Part shown: in pieces, positions 1 to 9,510 of the stretch
How positions within the stretch are numbered: position 1 is the first letter of the stretch
Layout: each line of letters starts with the position of its first letter
From: an uncultured delta proteobacterium
GTDB lineage: Bacteria; Myxococcota; Kuafuiibacteriia; Kuafuiibacteriales; Kuafuiibacteriaceae
DNA length: 64,000 nt
Reading direction: 5' to 3'
NCBI GenBank assembly: GCA_963803435.1
Contig: CAWDML010000002.1
Location: 160,001 to 224,000 of the forward strand
Position numbers and translations under genes: made by a program
The notes under the pieces: model-generated
Told to the model about the DNA's origin: nothing
Seen by the model: the letters and a program-made list of their open reading frames with translations, nothing else
Databases searched by the model: none

Positions 1-1338
1 GCCTTCGCCCAGACCTCGCCGGAGCTCGAGGTCGGCCCCGGTGCAGCCGAGGAGATTGGGGAGACCGTCGCCGTCGAGGTCGGCGAGCTCGAAGCGAACG
101 GTTGCGCGTTCACCTCCTCCGAAGGAGCGTACGCCCTCGTCCTCGCGGCCCAGGACGACGCCCAGGCTGTGGTGACGGGCGACGACGAAGTCGGGGCGAT
201 CGTCACCGTCGAGGTCGGCCGGCTCGCCGAGGAGATTGAACGACAGCTTCACCGGATCTTCGAGCCCGCCCGCGCCCATCCCGTGGACGTATGCGTCGGC
301 GCCGGCGAGCTCGACCAGCAGGGCGCTGCCATCGTGGTGGAGGTCCCACAGCGCCAGCGACTCCGCGCCGGGCGCGGCAGGTCGGGCCTCGAGCGCGTCG
401 CCGGACGGGACCGCGACCACGCGCAGCGCTTCGTCGAGCACGGCCAGGCGCGGGCCGAGCCCGACCCAGCTCCTCCCGGCGGCCACCGCCGGTCCCGCCG
501 GCACCAGGTGCGCGTCTTCATCCTCGAGCGGGAGGAGCGTGCCGTCGCGGAGGGTTCCCAGGAAGCCGGTCCGAGCGTCGAGCCCGAGCGGATAGGGCGA
601 GAGAAAGAGCAGGTCGTCCCGCTGAAAGAGGATGACCAGATCGTCGAAGGTGCCGTCGCCGCGACCGCGCGCCCATCGCGCCACGCCGGTGTCGTCGGTC
701 TCGTAGAGATTGAGGCGGCCGTCGCCGTCGACGTCGAGCAGGGCCGGCGACCATTCGCCTTCCGGAAGGTAGACGCCCGACGAGATCAGCTCGAACGTGG
801 TGCGCCGATCGAGGAGCGCATAGACGCGGACGCGCGACTCGAGATCCTTGAGCGCGCCGAAGACGAGATCCGGGAGACCGTCGCCGTCGACGTCACCGAT
901 CTGCGCGCCGCCCAGCGTGAACTCGCCGGTGCCGAACGTGAGGGGCGGATCGAAGGTTCCGTCGCCGCGCCCGCGGCGGAGTGTTCCGGTGGAGCGGCCC
1001 ACCACGACCAGATCGGCTGCGCCGTCGGCGTCCGCGTCGAGGAGGACGCGGATCGGCGCGCTCGCCGGGATCGGCGCGGTGAAGACCTCGGCCAGATCGA
1101 CGAGCACCGAGACCGTGGCGGTCGCGGTCCGGCCCTCCTCGACGACGACGAGATCGCTCCGCCCGTCGCCGGTCAGATCGCTCGCCGAGAGGAGCGAGAG
1201 GCTCTGCCAGCCCGCGGCGGTGCGAAGGAGCCGGGTCCGTCCCAGGCACACCGGAGCGTCGCAGCCCACCGGTGGAGGGACCTCGTCGCCGCAGCCGGCT
1301 CCGGCGAGGAGGCCGGCGAGGAGGAGGAGCGAGCGCAT
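1..1338 (-). CDS. FG-GAP/VCBS-repeat lipoprotein (partial, runs off left edge)
   Basis: Hand translation from ATG 1338: MRSLLLLAGLLAGAGCGD (lipobox) then repeated DxxGDGxxDLVV motifs (SDLTGDGRSDLVVV, DADADGAADLVVVG). Not in ORF track because it is open at the edge; + ORF 169..1500 is its antisense shadow. Confidence 0.8.
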   Translation of the reverse strand, partial: MRSLLLLAGLLAGAGCGDEVPPPVGCDAPVCLGRTRLLRTAAGWQSLSLLSASDLTGDGRSDLVVVEEGRTATATVSVLVDLAEVFTAPIPASAPIRVLLDADADGAADLVVVGRSTGTLRRGRGDGTFDPPLTFGTGEFTLGGAQIGDVDGDGLPDLVFGALKDLESRVRVYALLDRRTTFELISSGVYLPEGEWSPALLDVDGDGRLNLYETDDTGVARWARGRGDGTFDDLVILFQRDDLLFLSPYPLGLDARTGFLGTLRDGTLLPLEDEDAHLVPAGPAVAAGRSWVGLGPRLAVLDEALRVVAVPSGDALEARPAAPGAESLALWDLHHDGSALLVELAGADAYVHGMGAGGLEDPVKLSFNLLGEPADLDGDDRPDFVVARHHSLGVVLGREDEGVRSFGGGERATVRFELADLDGDGLPNLLGCTGADLELRRGLGEG

Positions 1339-1384
1339 CCGCAGCTACGAGCGTACGACGCCGGCGCGGAGCAGGACAGCCGCG

Positions 1385-2035
1385 CTATCGTGCCGGGAGC
1401 CGGGCGGTCCTCAGGCGGTCGCGGACGAGCGGGTTCAGCGAAGCGCACCGCAAGAGCTCTGCGACGCGGGCTTCGAAGGCCTCGGCCGCGGTCGGGCTGA
1501 GCCTGTAGTCGGCCCGCCGGCCGTAGAGGAAGTAGGGGATCTGGAGCGCGTTGTGGAGGTGCAGCTCGTTGTCCGAGGAGAGGTGGCGAAGGATCGCCCT
1601 CTCCATCTCGCGGGCTGGCACCGCGCGATGGATCATGGGCGCGAGCGACTGCAGCGCGGACGGATCGTTCAAGTTGAAGAGCACCCGATCGATCAGCTGT
1701 TGCCGGTGGGCCTCGTCGAAGCTCTCGGCCACCGTCGCGGCGGCTTGCATGGACGCCCGGTAGCTCCCGCCCGGAGCCACGTGATCGGGCGCGAGGGGAG
1801 TGAGCCGGTAGGTGAGGTACGCGAGCGCGGCGTCCTGCACGTTGCGGTCGATCCTCCTCTTCGCTTGCTCCGGTGGGAGGCGAAGCGTGGCCTCGGCGAA
1901 GGCCTCGAGCCGCGCCTGGGCGGTGTCGAAGGCGATCGAGGGGGGCTCGGCCGTCGACTGCGCGCGCAGCGCTTCGGCGGGGGTCGCGGGCGCGCCGTCG
2001 GTGGAGCCGGACTTGGCCTTGCGGATCGAGAACAT
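1385..2035 (-). CDS. hypothetical protein, candidate immunity protein
   Basis: MFSIRKAKSG... 216 aa; GAGGA RBS overlapping the TGA of the upstream 1105-aa gene; helical, no signal peptide. Confidence 0.65.
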   Translation of the reverse strand: MFSIRKAKSGSTDGAPATPAEALRAQSTAEPPSIAFDTAQARLEAFAEATLRLPPEQAKRRIDRNVQDAALAYLTYRLTPLAPDHVAPGGSYRASMQAAATVAESFDEAHRQQLIDRVLFNLNDPSALQSLAPMIHRAVPAREMERAILRHLSSDNELHLHNALQIPYFLYGRRADYRLSPTAAEAFEARVAELLRCASLNPLVRDRLRTARLPAR

Positions 2036-2046
2036 GGCGGGCTTCC

Positions 2047-5000
2047 TCACGGGAACATCTGCAGATACTGGGACGCCGGTAGGTCGCCGTAGACGTAACT
2101 GTGCATGGTGACGCGCGTGAGGTCGACCCCTTTCCACTCCAGGTAGCGAAGGAACTGAGCCGTCATCTCGGGCTCCGGCTGGTAGTGGCCGCTCCGATCG
2201 GAGATGCCCACGATCTGCCCGTTCTGCACCTCGAGCTCGCCCGCTGCGGCCACCGGCTTGCCGCTCAGGAAGCTCGAGTGGTGGAACTCGCCGACCGGGT
2301 ACTCGGTCGAGGAGTAGAGCTGGCCGTCGGGGCTCACGACGAAGATGCCCTTGTCGGTGCCGCTGAAGTTCGAGGCGCCCGTCGTGTCGTACGGTGTCCC
2401 GTCCGGCTTGATGAGCCGACCGCCGTTGTCGAACTCCATCCGATAGGCGCGCCGCTCGTTCTTGTCGAGGTACTCGACCTTCGTCCCCCAGACCGCGCCG
2501 GTCTCTTCTCCGTCGAAGCCGGGCTGGCGCGGCCGCGTCAGCGTGAGATTGTCGAGCAGGCCGAGCTGCTCGTCCGGCGACAGGTGGCGGAAGTAGGGCG
2601 ACACGGCGAGCTGCGCCCAATCGCTCTCGCCCAGGCCGCCAGTCCCGTTGACCCGCTCCTGGAGCCGCGCCTGGACCGACGGCTCGAACGATCCGTAGAC
2701 GATGTTGTCGCGGATCGCGTTCGCGTTGAACGGCTCCCAGGGCGAACCGCCGGCGGTCTTCGTGCCCGCGAACGTGCTGACGCCCCAGAAGCCCGCCGAC
2801 AGCGCGAGGTTAGCGCGTTGCCCGGGGCTGAGGTCGTTCCAGTTCGCGAAGAGCGTGTAGCCGGCGTTGCCGGCGGTGGCCGCGTCCACGGCGGATGTTC
2901 CCACGCGCAGGTACGCCGCCGTGGTGGCCGCGGGAAACGCCAGCTCGCTCCCCGCCTCGGCGAGCCGGCCCGCCACGCCGGTCGCCCCCAGCGTCAGGAG
3001 GCTGAGGGAGCCGGCGGCGACGCCGAACCAGGCCGCCCGCGATGACGGATCGGACAGTGAGATCGACTGTCCGTGCTGCGAGCGATCGATGAGCTCGGAG
3101 GCGCTGCGATAGGTGGTCCAGGCCGTGGCGGCACCGACCACCAGCGGGGCGAGGATCCCGTCCGATCCGAGCAGGATCGCTCCGCCGGCGATCACGCCGC
3201 CGACCAGCGCTGCATCGTCGAGGACCGCAGCGACCTTCTCGCCGAAGGTGTCCGGCGTGCGCGGCGTGTTTCCGCTCTCGAGCTTCGGATCGCTCCCGCT
3301 CAGGTGACCGCCGGCGGGATAGACCATGTTCCCGGGCGGGAGCTGGTTGTTCGCCTTCCAGTCGTCGAAGGACTGGTAGACGCGCCCGGTGTTGTCGACG
3401 AACCTGTCCCGGCCGGTCGCTTGGTCCTGCACGCGGAACAACGGGACCTGGACGGCTCCGGTGTCCTTCGACGCGTACTGCACCGGGAGGACCGTGACGT
3501 TGGCGTTGGGGCCGCCGACGTTGCGGATCGATTGCACGATCGGATCGATGACCTTGCTCGCCGGCTCGCCCTGGTAGTACGAGAACGTCCCGTTCGCGAC
3601 CGCCTGCTCGCGCGCGTTGCGCTGGGCTTCCGTCTCGTTCGCGGGGACGCCCTGCGGCGGGAAGCCGAGCGCGAAACCGACCGTGTTGTCGAGGTCGGTC
3701 CCCGACAACGCCTGCGGAGCATCGCCGCGGAGCTCCGCGTACTGCCGTGCGGTCGGCGCGGCGAGGGCGGTGGTGACGGCCTTGTTGTCGTAGACGCTGT
3801 CCGTCTGCTTCAGGAACTTTGCGTCCCACTCGGGGTGGGACTTCACGAGATCGAGGTTCTGGAGGCGCTGCCCGAGCGTCAGATGGTCGTTCGCGAGGAG
3901 CTGCCGTCCCTGCTTGGTGTCGAGCACGCCCGCGAGACGCTGCGACTCCGCGTGGCTCTTGGCGGAGTCGTCCGGATACCAGTGGTGCGCGAGGGCGTTC
4001 GCCATCTTCTCGCGAAGGTCGCCGGGGAAGCCGGACTGGTAGGCGGACTCGCCGGTGGTCGCGAACGCGGCGTCGGTCAGCGAGCGCGAGGCCGCGGTCG
4101 GCTGACCGCGCCCGGCGGCCTCGAGGAGCAGGCTGCCCGCATAGACCTTTTCCTCTCCGTCGGCCGCCGACCCGAAGGCAAAGCTGCCGCCGTCGTGCAG
4201 GGCGTTCGGATCCTCGAGGCCGAGCGCGGCGTAGAACCGGCCGGACTTCTCCGGGCCCAAGTGCTCGATCAGATCGCGCCGCGCCTGGGGCGTCTTCGCG
4301 TCCCACAGCGTCGCATCGGTGGCGAGGCTCGCCGCGATCGCCAGGTCGTGATGATCGGCGTCGTCGTTGCTCGAGAGCTCCACTGCGCGATCGGCGTAGG
4401 CGGTCGCCACCAGCTGACCGAGGTTCGGATCCGAGCCGGCCTTCCGCGCCAGCAGGCTCATCGAGGAGAAGTCCACGTTTCGATCGATGCTCTTCTTGTC
4501 CTTGTCCTCCCAGCGCGTGAGCGTCTGATCGATCAGGTACCGCTGCTCCGTCGGCGTGAGCGTCCCGAGCTCCGACTTTCCCTGGAGCGCGTCCATCACC
4601 CGCGAGACGTCCTCGTCCGCGAAGCCGTTCGCCTGCTTCCTGAGCTTCTCGTTGTAGGCGTCGATCTCGGCCCGGCAATCGGTCGTCGAGCCCCCGCCCC
4701 CGACGTCGTCGGCGGCCACCTTCTGGTAGAGGTGATCGGCGACCTTCGAGAGCCCGAGGTCGTCGATCAGCGTGTCACGACCGCCGGGGCCGTCCCCGGG
4801 AGGCGCGGCCAGGATGCGCTTCATGTCGGTGGCGGGGACGCGCGCCGCCTCCACGTACTGCGGATTTCTCTTCTGGTAGCCTTCGAGCGATCGGTACGTG
4901 GTCTCGGTCTTCGGATCCCACACGCTCTTGTTCGGCTTCAAGACGACGGCGTGGCCCGGCTGGGTCGGATCCTTGTCGTCGAGGAGGACAATCTGATCGC

Positions 5001-5364
5001 CCGGCCTCGCGTCGACGGTGGCGACGACCAGGCAGTTCTTGTTGTCGAGCCCTTCGGTCCGGAGCGTGCTCGCCTGGGCGCTGGGATCCTCGTGGATCCG
5101 ATCCGACGCGAGCCTCGACTGGAGCTGGGTCTGGCGCTGCGCGGCCCCCGACTCGAACCAGAAGCGCGACTGGGCGGCCTGCGCGCCCTCGACCGTGGGT
5201 CGCGGGGTTGCGGGCGCCTGCGTGGAGGCCGGGGCCGTCTGGTCCTCGGCCGGCTTCGCCTCGGCGGGGGCCGGCGGTGGCGCGGTCTCCGTGTTGGTCG
5301 TCTCTTTGAGCTCCTGCGTCTGCGGTTTGCGAACATCGGAGCCGACCGGAACAACCATGACCAT
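2047..5364 (-). CDS. large DUF4781-like protein with C-terminal putative toxin domain
   Basis: VPLFRV..FVDNTGRVYQSFDDWKANNQLPPGNMVYP resembles DUF4781, followed by Gly/Ala-rich hydrophobic helices; C-terminus FVVSPDG..FHHSSFLSGKPVAAAGE..G.I..ISDRSGHYQP. Confidence 0.75.
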   Translation of the reverse strand: MVMVVPVGSDVRKPQTQELKETTNTETAPPPAPAEAKPAEDQTAPASTQAPATPRPTVEGAQAAQSRFWFESGAAQRQTQLQSRLASDRIHEDPSAQASTLRTEGLDNKNCLVVATVDARPGDQIVLLDDKDPTQPGHAVVLKPNKSVWDPKTETTYRSLEGYQKRNPQYVEAARVPATDMKRILAAPPGDGPGGRDTLIDDLGLSKVADHLYQKVAADDVGGGGSTTDCRAEIDAYNEKLRKQANGFADEDVSRVMDALQGKSELGTLTPTEQRYLIDQTLTRWEDKDKKSIDRNVDFSSMSLLARKAGSDPNLGQLVATAYADRAVELSSNDDADHHDLAIAASLATDATLWDAKTPQARRDLIEHLGPEKSGRFYAALGLEDPNALHDGGSFAFGSAADGEEKVYAGSLLLEAAGRGQPTAASRSLTDAAFATTGESAYQSGFPGDLREKMANALAHHWYPDDSAKSHAESQRLAGVLDTKQGRQLLANDHLTLGQRLQNLDLVKSHPEWDAKFLKQTDSVYDNKAVTTALAAPTARQYAELRGDAPQALSGTDLDNTVGFALGFPPQGVPANETEAQRNAREQAVANGTFSYYQGEPASKVIDPIVQSIRNVGGPNANVTVLPVQYASKDTGAVQVPLFRVQDQATGRDRFVDNTGRVYQSFDDWKANNQLPPGNMVYPAGGHLSGSDPKLESGNTPRTPDTFGEKVAAVLDDAALVGGVIAGGAILLGSDGILAPLVVGAATAWTTYRSASELIDRSQHGQSISLSDPSSRAAWFGVAAGSLSLLTLGATGVAGRLAEAGSELAFPAATTAAYLRVGTSAVDAATAGNAGYTLFANWNDLSPGQRANLALSAGFWGVSTFAGTKTAGGSPWEPFNANAIRDNIVYGSFEPSVQARLQERVNGTGGLGESDWAQLAVSPYFRHLSPDEQLGLLDNLTLTRPRQPGFDGEETGAVWGTKVEYLDKNERRAYRMEFDNGGRLIKPDGTPYDTTGASNFSGTDKGIFVVSPDGQLYSSTEYPVGEFHHSSFLSGKPVAAAGELEVQNGQIVGISDRSGHYQPEPEMTAQFLRYLEWKGVDLTRVTMHSYVYGDLPASQYLQMFP

Positions 5365-5422
5365 TCATCTCGGGGAACCGGTCCGCCGCGTGGCCATTAC
5401 ACGGCTCTTACGGCGCAAATTT

Positions 5423-6140
5423 TTACTTGTGGCCGACCCCGAGCTTCTTCTTGAGCTCCGGGATCAGGCGGCGGCTGACCTGGACCACCTGGCCGTCGCT
5501 CAGCTCGACGCTGCCACCGCGACCCTCGAGCATCAGTCGTTTGACGCGCGTGAGATTGATCAGCTCGCGCCGATGGACGCGTATGAAGTCGTGCGCCTCG
5601 AGCAGCGCCTCCAGATCGTCCAGGCTCCGCTCGAGCAACATCTCGCGATCGCCCGCCATGAAGACGACATACTTGTCGGAGGCGAAGAAGCGCGTGATCT
5701 CCCGGGCGTCGAAGATCTCGAACGTCTCCTGGTGTCGCGCCGTGATGCGGACCGGTTTGGCCGCGGTGCGCAGGTCGCGCAAGACCTCGGTCAGCTGGCG
5801 CGCACGGGCCTTCTCGAGGGCGCGAAACAGACGCTCTTTCGTGATCGGCTTGGTCACGTAGTCGACGGCCGAGACCTCGAACGCGTCGGCGGCGAACTCG
5901 GGGTGGGCGGTGGTGAAGATGATCGGCGGCAGCCCCGGCTCGCGCGCCAGGCTCAGGCCGTCGAGACCGGGCATCTGCACGTCGAGCAGCATGAGAATCG
6001 GGGCGGAGCAATCGACACCCGGCGAGCGCCTCGGTGGCGTTCGACGCCTCCCCGGCGACCTCGACGTCGGGTGCTTCGGAGAGCAGCTGCCGGAGGCGAA
6101 GCCGGGCGAGCGGCTCGTCGTCGACGATCAGGATCTTCAT
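5423..6140 (-). CDS. LytTR-family response regulator (frameshift near 5995)
   Basis: MKILIVDDEPLAR..., LLDVQMPGLDG, FTTAH, DYVTKP, FIRVHRRELIN; two reading frames joined. Confidence 0.85.
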
Positions 6141-7241
6141 CGGGTCTCCATCGGGATCTGGAGCGTGCTCTGGTAGTGGTCCTCGAACGGACCGTGATCG
6201 ACCGTCGCCCGATCGCCGTAGGCGAGCTCGAGCCGCTGGCGGATGATCTCGAGGCTCTTGCCGCTTCCCGGGGCGTCGGAGGATCCGCCGGTGGTGTTCG
6301 TGACCTCGACGCGGAGCCCGCCTGCGCTCGCGAACGCCCGCAGCTGGATGGTTCGTTCTCCCTCGGTGCGGGCCACGCCGTGCTTGACCGCGTTCTCGAA
6401 TCAGGGGCTGAACGATCAGGGGCGGGACGAGCACCTGCTCGACGCTCGGATCGACCTCGAGCCGATAGCCGAGACCGTCGTATCGGAGCGCCTCGATCTC
6501 CAGGTATTTCTCGACCACGTCGAGCTCGGTGCGGAGCGGGATCGCAGGTACGTGCGTGAAGTTCAGCATGAAGCGGAACAGATCCGACATCTTCTCGATG
6601 CTTCGCGTCGCCAGCGCGGGATCGATCGCGACCAGACAGGCGATCGTGTTGAGGGCGTTGAAGAGGAAGTGCGGGTTCGTGCGGATCTGCAACGCTTCCA
6701 GCTGCGCCATGCGCGCTTCACGCTCCGCCAGATCCTTTTCGCGCCGGCTGACGACCGCCTGCTGGCGCATCCGGTCGTAGGCGGCCACCACGGTCACCAG
6801 GACGCCGCCGTAGACCAGCCCGAACCGGTAGAATTGCACGCGGAACCCGAGCGCGTCGTCGGGCTTGATCGCGAGGTACGGGACGGCCCGTATCAGCTCG
6901 GCGCCGACCGCGACGCCGACGGCGAGGATCGTCAGATGCGCAGCGATCAGCGCCGTCCCGCTCCGGCGGCGATGCAGTAGCGGCGGAATCACCAGCGCGT
7001 AGACCCCGTGGATGATGCCGAGGGTGCAGGCGACGCTGATCGCGCTCTTGAACAGGTTGCTGGGGTCGGTGATCTCCGTGATCGGTGTCGCGAGGACGGT
7101 GACCAGGGGCGGGCCGAGGAGATACGAGACCCAGAAGATCGGCGAGAGCTCGCGCCACGGTCGCAGGAAAAGCGGGTGCTCCACCGCCGTTGACTCTCGT
7201 GCGATCGGCCGGCGCTGGCAATCGTCCGCCGGCCCGCTCAT
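6137..7241 (-). CDS. LytS/YehU-type sensor histidine kinase (frameshift near 6395)
   Basis: N-terminal TM helices, LQIRTNPHFLFNALNTI, VPPLIVQPL(I)ENAVKHG; start uncertain. Confidence 0.85.
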
Positions 7242-7307
7242 CGGGAGCAGGTGTCCGATCGTCGGCCGGCGCTGCCGCTAGCCCTCGACACCGGGTACGC
7301 GGAGGGC

Positions 7308-8783
7308 ATGACTCAGCTCGCTCTCGCCGCCGTGATGAAGAAGCCGGCCAGGATGCCCGGGCCCTCGTGGCTCGAATCGCTCCTGACGCTGCCGGCGTTT
7401 CGACGGAGTCCCATCGCCGTGCTCGAGCGTTGGTTCGAGCAGTACGGCGACACCGTGAAGATCGGTGGTGGACCGCGCACCTTTCACCTGTTCGTGAAAC
7501 CTGAGGACGTCGGCCACGTCCTCCTCGACAACCACAAGAACTACTCGAAGCAGATGATGGGCTATCGGAAGCTCGCGCTGGTGCTCGGCAAGGGCCTGGT
7601 CACCAGCGACGGAGAGGAGTGGCGGATGCGCCGGCGGACCGCTCAGCCGGCGTTCCATCGGGCGAGGATCGCGTCGTTCGCCGAGCAGATGACGAGCGCG
7701 ACGGAGCGGATGCTCGACGAGTGGGCGGCGAGGCCGGATCCGGTCATCGACGTTGGTGAGGAGATGATGGGTCTGGCGTTCCGGATCGTCGGCGCGACTC
7801 TGATGAGCCGGGATCTGTCGGACCTCGACGAACGATCGATCGGCTCCCAGGTCACGCTGGTGATGGAATACATCGCGGATCGCATGATTAGGATTGTCGA
7901 CTGGCCGGAGTGGATCCCGACGCAGGGCAACCTCCGCTTCAAGAGGGCGCTCGCCGGGTTCGACGCGCTCGTCTACCAGGGGATCAGGGAGCGCGCGCGG
8001 GGGACGGAGCGACCGAACGACCTCCTGTCGATGCTGCTGGACGCGCGCGATCCGGAGACCGGTGCGGCCTTCACCGAGGCACAGATCCGGGACGAGGTCG
8101 TCACCATCATGGGCGCCGGCCACGAGACCACCGCCAGCACGCTCGGCTGGACCTGGCACCTGCTCGCGCGCCACCCGCAGGTAGAGGCGGACCTCCACCA
8201 GGAGCTCGCGTGCGTGCTGGGCGGGAGGATCCCGACGTTCGACGACCTGCCCCAGCTGGGCCTCACGCAATGCATCATCGAGGAGGCGATGCGCCTCCAT
8301 CCGCCGGTGTGGATCCTCTCTCGCCGCGCGCTCGACGACGACGAGATCGGAGGACGGAGGATCGAGAAGGGATCGAACGTCCTGCTCAGCCCGTACCTCA
8401 CGCATCGCCACCCCGACCTCTGGCCAGACGCCGCCGCGTTCAGGCCCGAGCGCTTCCGTGCCGCGAGCAAGGAGCTGATGCCTCGCTTCGCCTACTATCC
8501 GTTCGGCGGCGGCCCTCGCACGTGCATCGGAAATCACTTCGCGATGATGGAGGCCACCCTGCTGCTCGCGACGATCGCGCAGCGGTTCCGTCTCACCGAG
8601 GTGTCCGCGCCCGAGACGGAGATCAGCGTGACGCTCCGGCCGAGAGGGTTGCGGATGCGGATGATGGTCCGTACCCCGAGCCCGCGGGCGCCGCGCGTCC
8701 GATCCGCTGGAACGCTGGCGGAGAAACCAATGTCGGAGCGGAGCGTCGTTCAGAGCGATCCTTCATCGCGCTCAATCCCTTGA
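7308..8783 (+). CDS. cytochrome P450
   Basis: AGHETT I-helix, EAMR (ExxR), PERF, YYPFGGGPRTCIG heme-binding motif. Confidence 0.95.
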   Translation: MTQLALAAVMKKPARMPGPSWLESLLTLPAFRRSPIAVLERWFEQYGDTVKIGGGPRTFHLFVKPEDVGHVLLDNHKNYSKQMMGYRKLALVLGKGLVTSDGEEWRMRRRTAQPAFHRARIASFAEQMTSATERMLDEWAARPDPVIDVGEEMMGLAFRIVGATLMSRDLSDLDERSIGSQVTLVMEYIADRMIRIVDWPEWIPTQGNLRFKRALAGFDALVYQGIRERARGTERPNDLLSMLLDARDPETGAAFTEAQIRDEVVTIMGAGHETTASTLGWTWHLLARHPQVEADLHQELACVLGGRIPTFDDLPQLGLTQCIIEEAMRLHPPVWILSRRALDDDEIGGRRIEKGSNVLLSPYLTHRHPDLWPDAAAFRPERFRAASKELMPRFAYYPFGGGPRTCIGNHFAMMEATLLLATIAQRFRLTEVSAPETEISVTLRPRGLRMRMMVRTPSPRAPRVRSAGTLAEKPMSERSVVQSDPSSRSIP

Positions 8784-8848
8784 GATCCGTGCCTGGTGTC
8801 GGCGAGCCGCGTCCGCACGGAACCACCGCGGACCACCGCCTACGAGCG

Positions 8849-9403
8849 TCATCCCATGGGAACGTAGTTGATCTTCTGCCCGCCGACCGAGACCTCGACC
8901 ATCGCGCCCCCCTTGGGCTCCACGAAGACGGCCATGCCGTGCGAGAACGGCGCCGAAGCCGCTGCGCCGCTGGTGATGGCGATGGCAGACATGTCCGCCG
9001 TCAGGTTGAGCGTCCCCGACTTCAGGCGCTCGACCGCGGCCGGAGTCTGAAACACGATGACCTCCGAGAAGCTCTGGCCGCCGAGCTGCGCCCCGATGGA
9101 CGCCTGGTTCAGCTCGACGAACCCGGTCTGCTTGCCGTTCTGATAGAGGATGCCCTTGCCGTAGGCCCCGCCGACGATCGCTCCGCCCTTCCCGACGGTC
9201 GGGAAGACGGCGTAGGCGGTGGAGCGATCGATCACGCGTTTCAAGCTCGGGTCCTTGGCGATGAGCGAGTCGAGCGCGTGCTGGGCGTCTGCGGACAGGT
9301 CCGCGCGCCCCTCCTGCGTCTTCGGGACGGTGGCGCAACCGATGGGAAGCGCGAGTCCCAGGGCGCAAAAACCGAGGGCCGCAACACTGAGCGGTTTCAA
9401 CAT
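8849..9403 (-). CDS. YSC84/SYLF lipid-binding domain lipoprotein
   Basis: Lipobox LPIGC; VFPTVGKGGAIVGGAYGKG, SIGAQLGGQ, GGAMVEVSVGGQK. Confidence 0.85.
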   Translation of the reverse strand: MLKPLSVAALGFCALGLALPIGCATVPKTQEGRADLSADAQHALDSLIAKDPSLKRVIDRSTAYAVFPTVGKGGAIVGGAYGKGILYQNGKQTGFVELNQASIGAQLGGQSFSEVIVFQTPAAVERLKSGTLNLTADMSAIAITSGAAASAPFSHGMAVFVEPKGGAMVEVSVGGQKINYVPMG

Positions 9404-9510
9404 GGTGCTGGTCTCCTTGCGCGATGGTGGTGTGCAAGGCGGAGGCCAGTGGACCCAGTGGACCGCCACGGTTCGGGATCGCGGCGCCCGGACACACTGT
9501 CCCGATGCGC

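Noticed and set aside
5385-5430. sigma28-like TAAA-N16-GCCGTGTA upstream of the DUF4781 gene
   Set aside because: Spacing and -10 box deviate from consensus; single instance, overlaps a stop codon.
5397-7241. Apparent hybrid kinase-receiver protein
   Set aside because: Two indels; correcting them gives ordinary separate LytS and LytTR genes like the intact pair at 56.8-58.6 kb.
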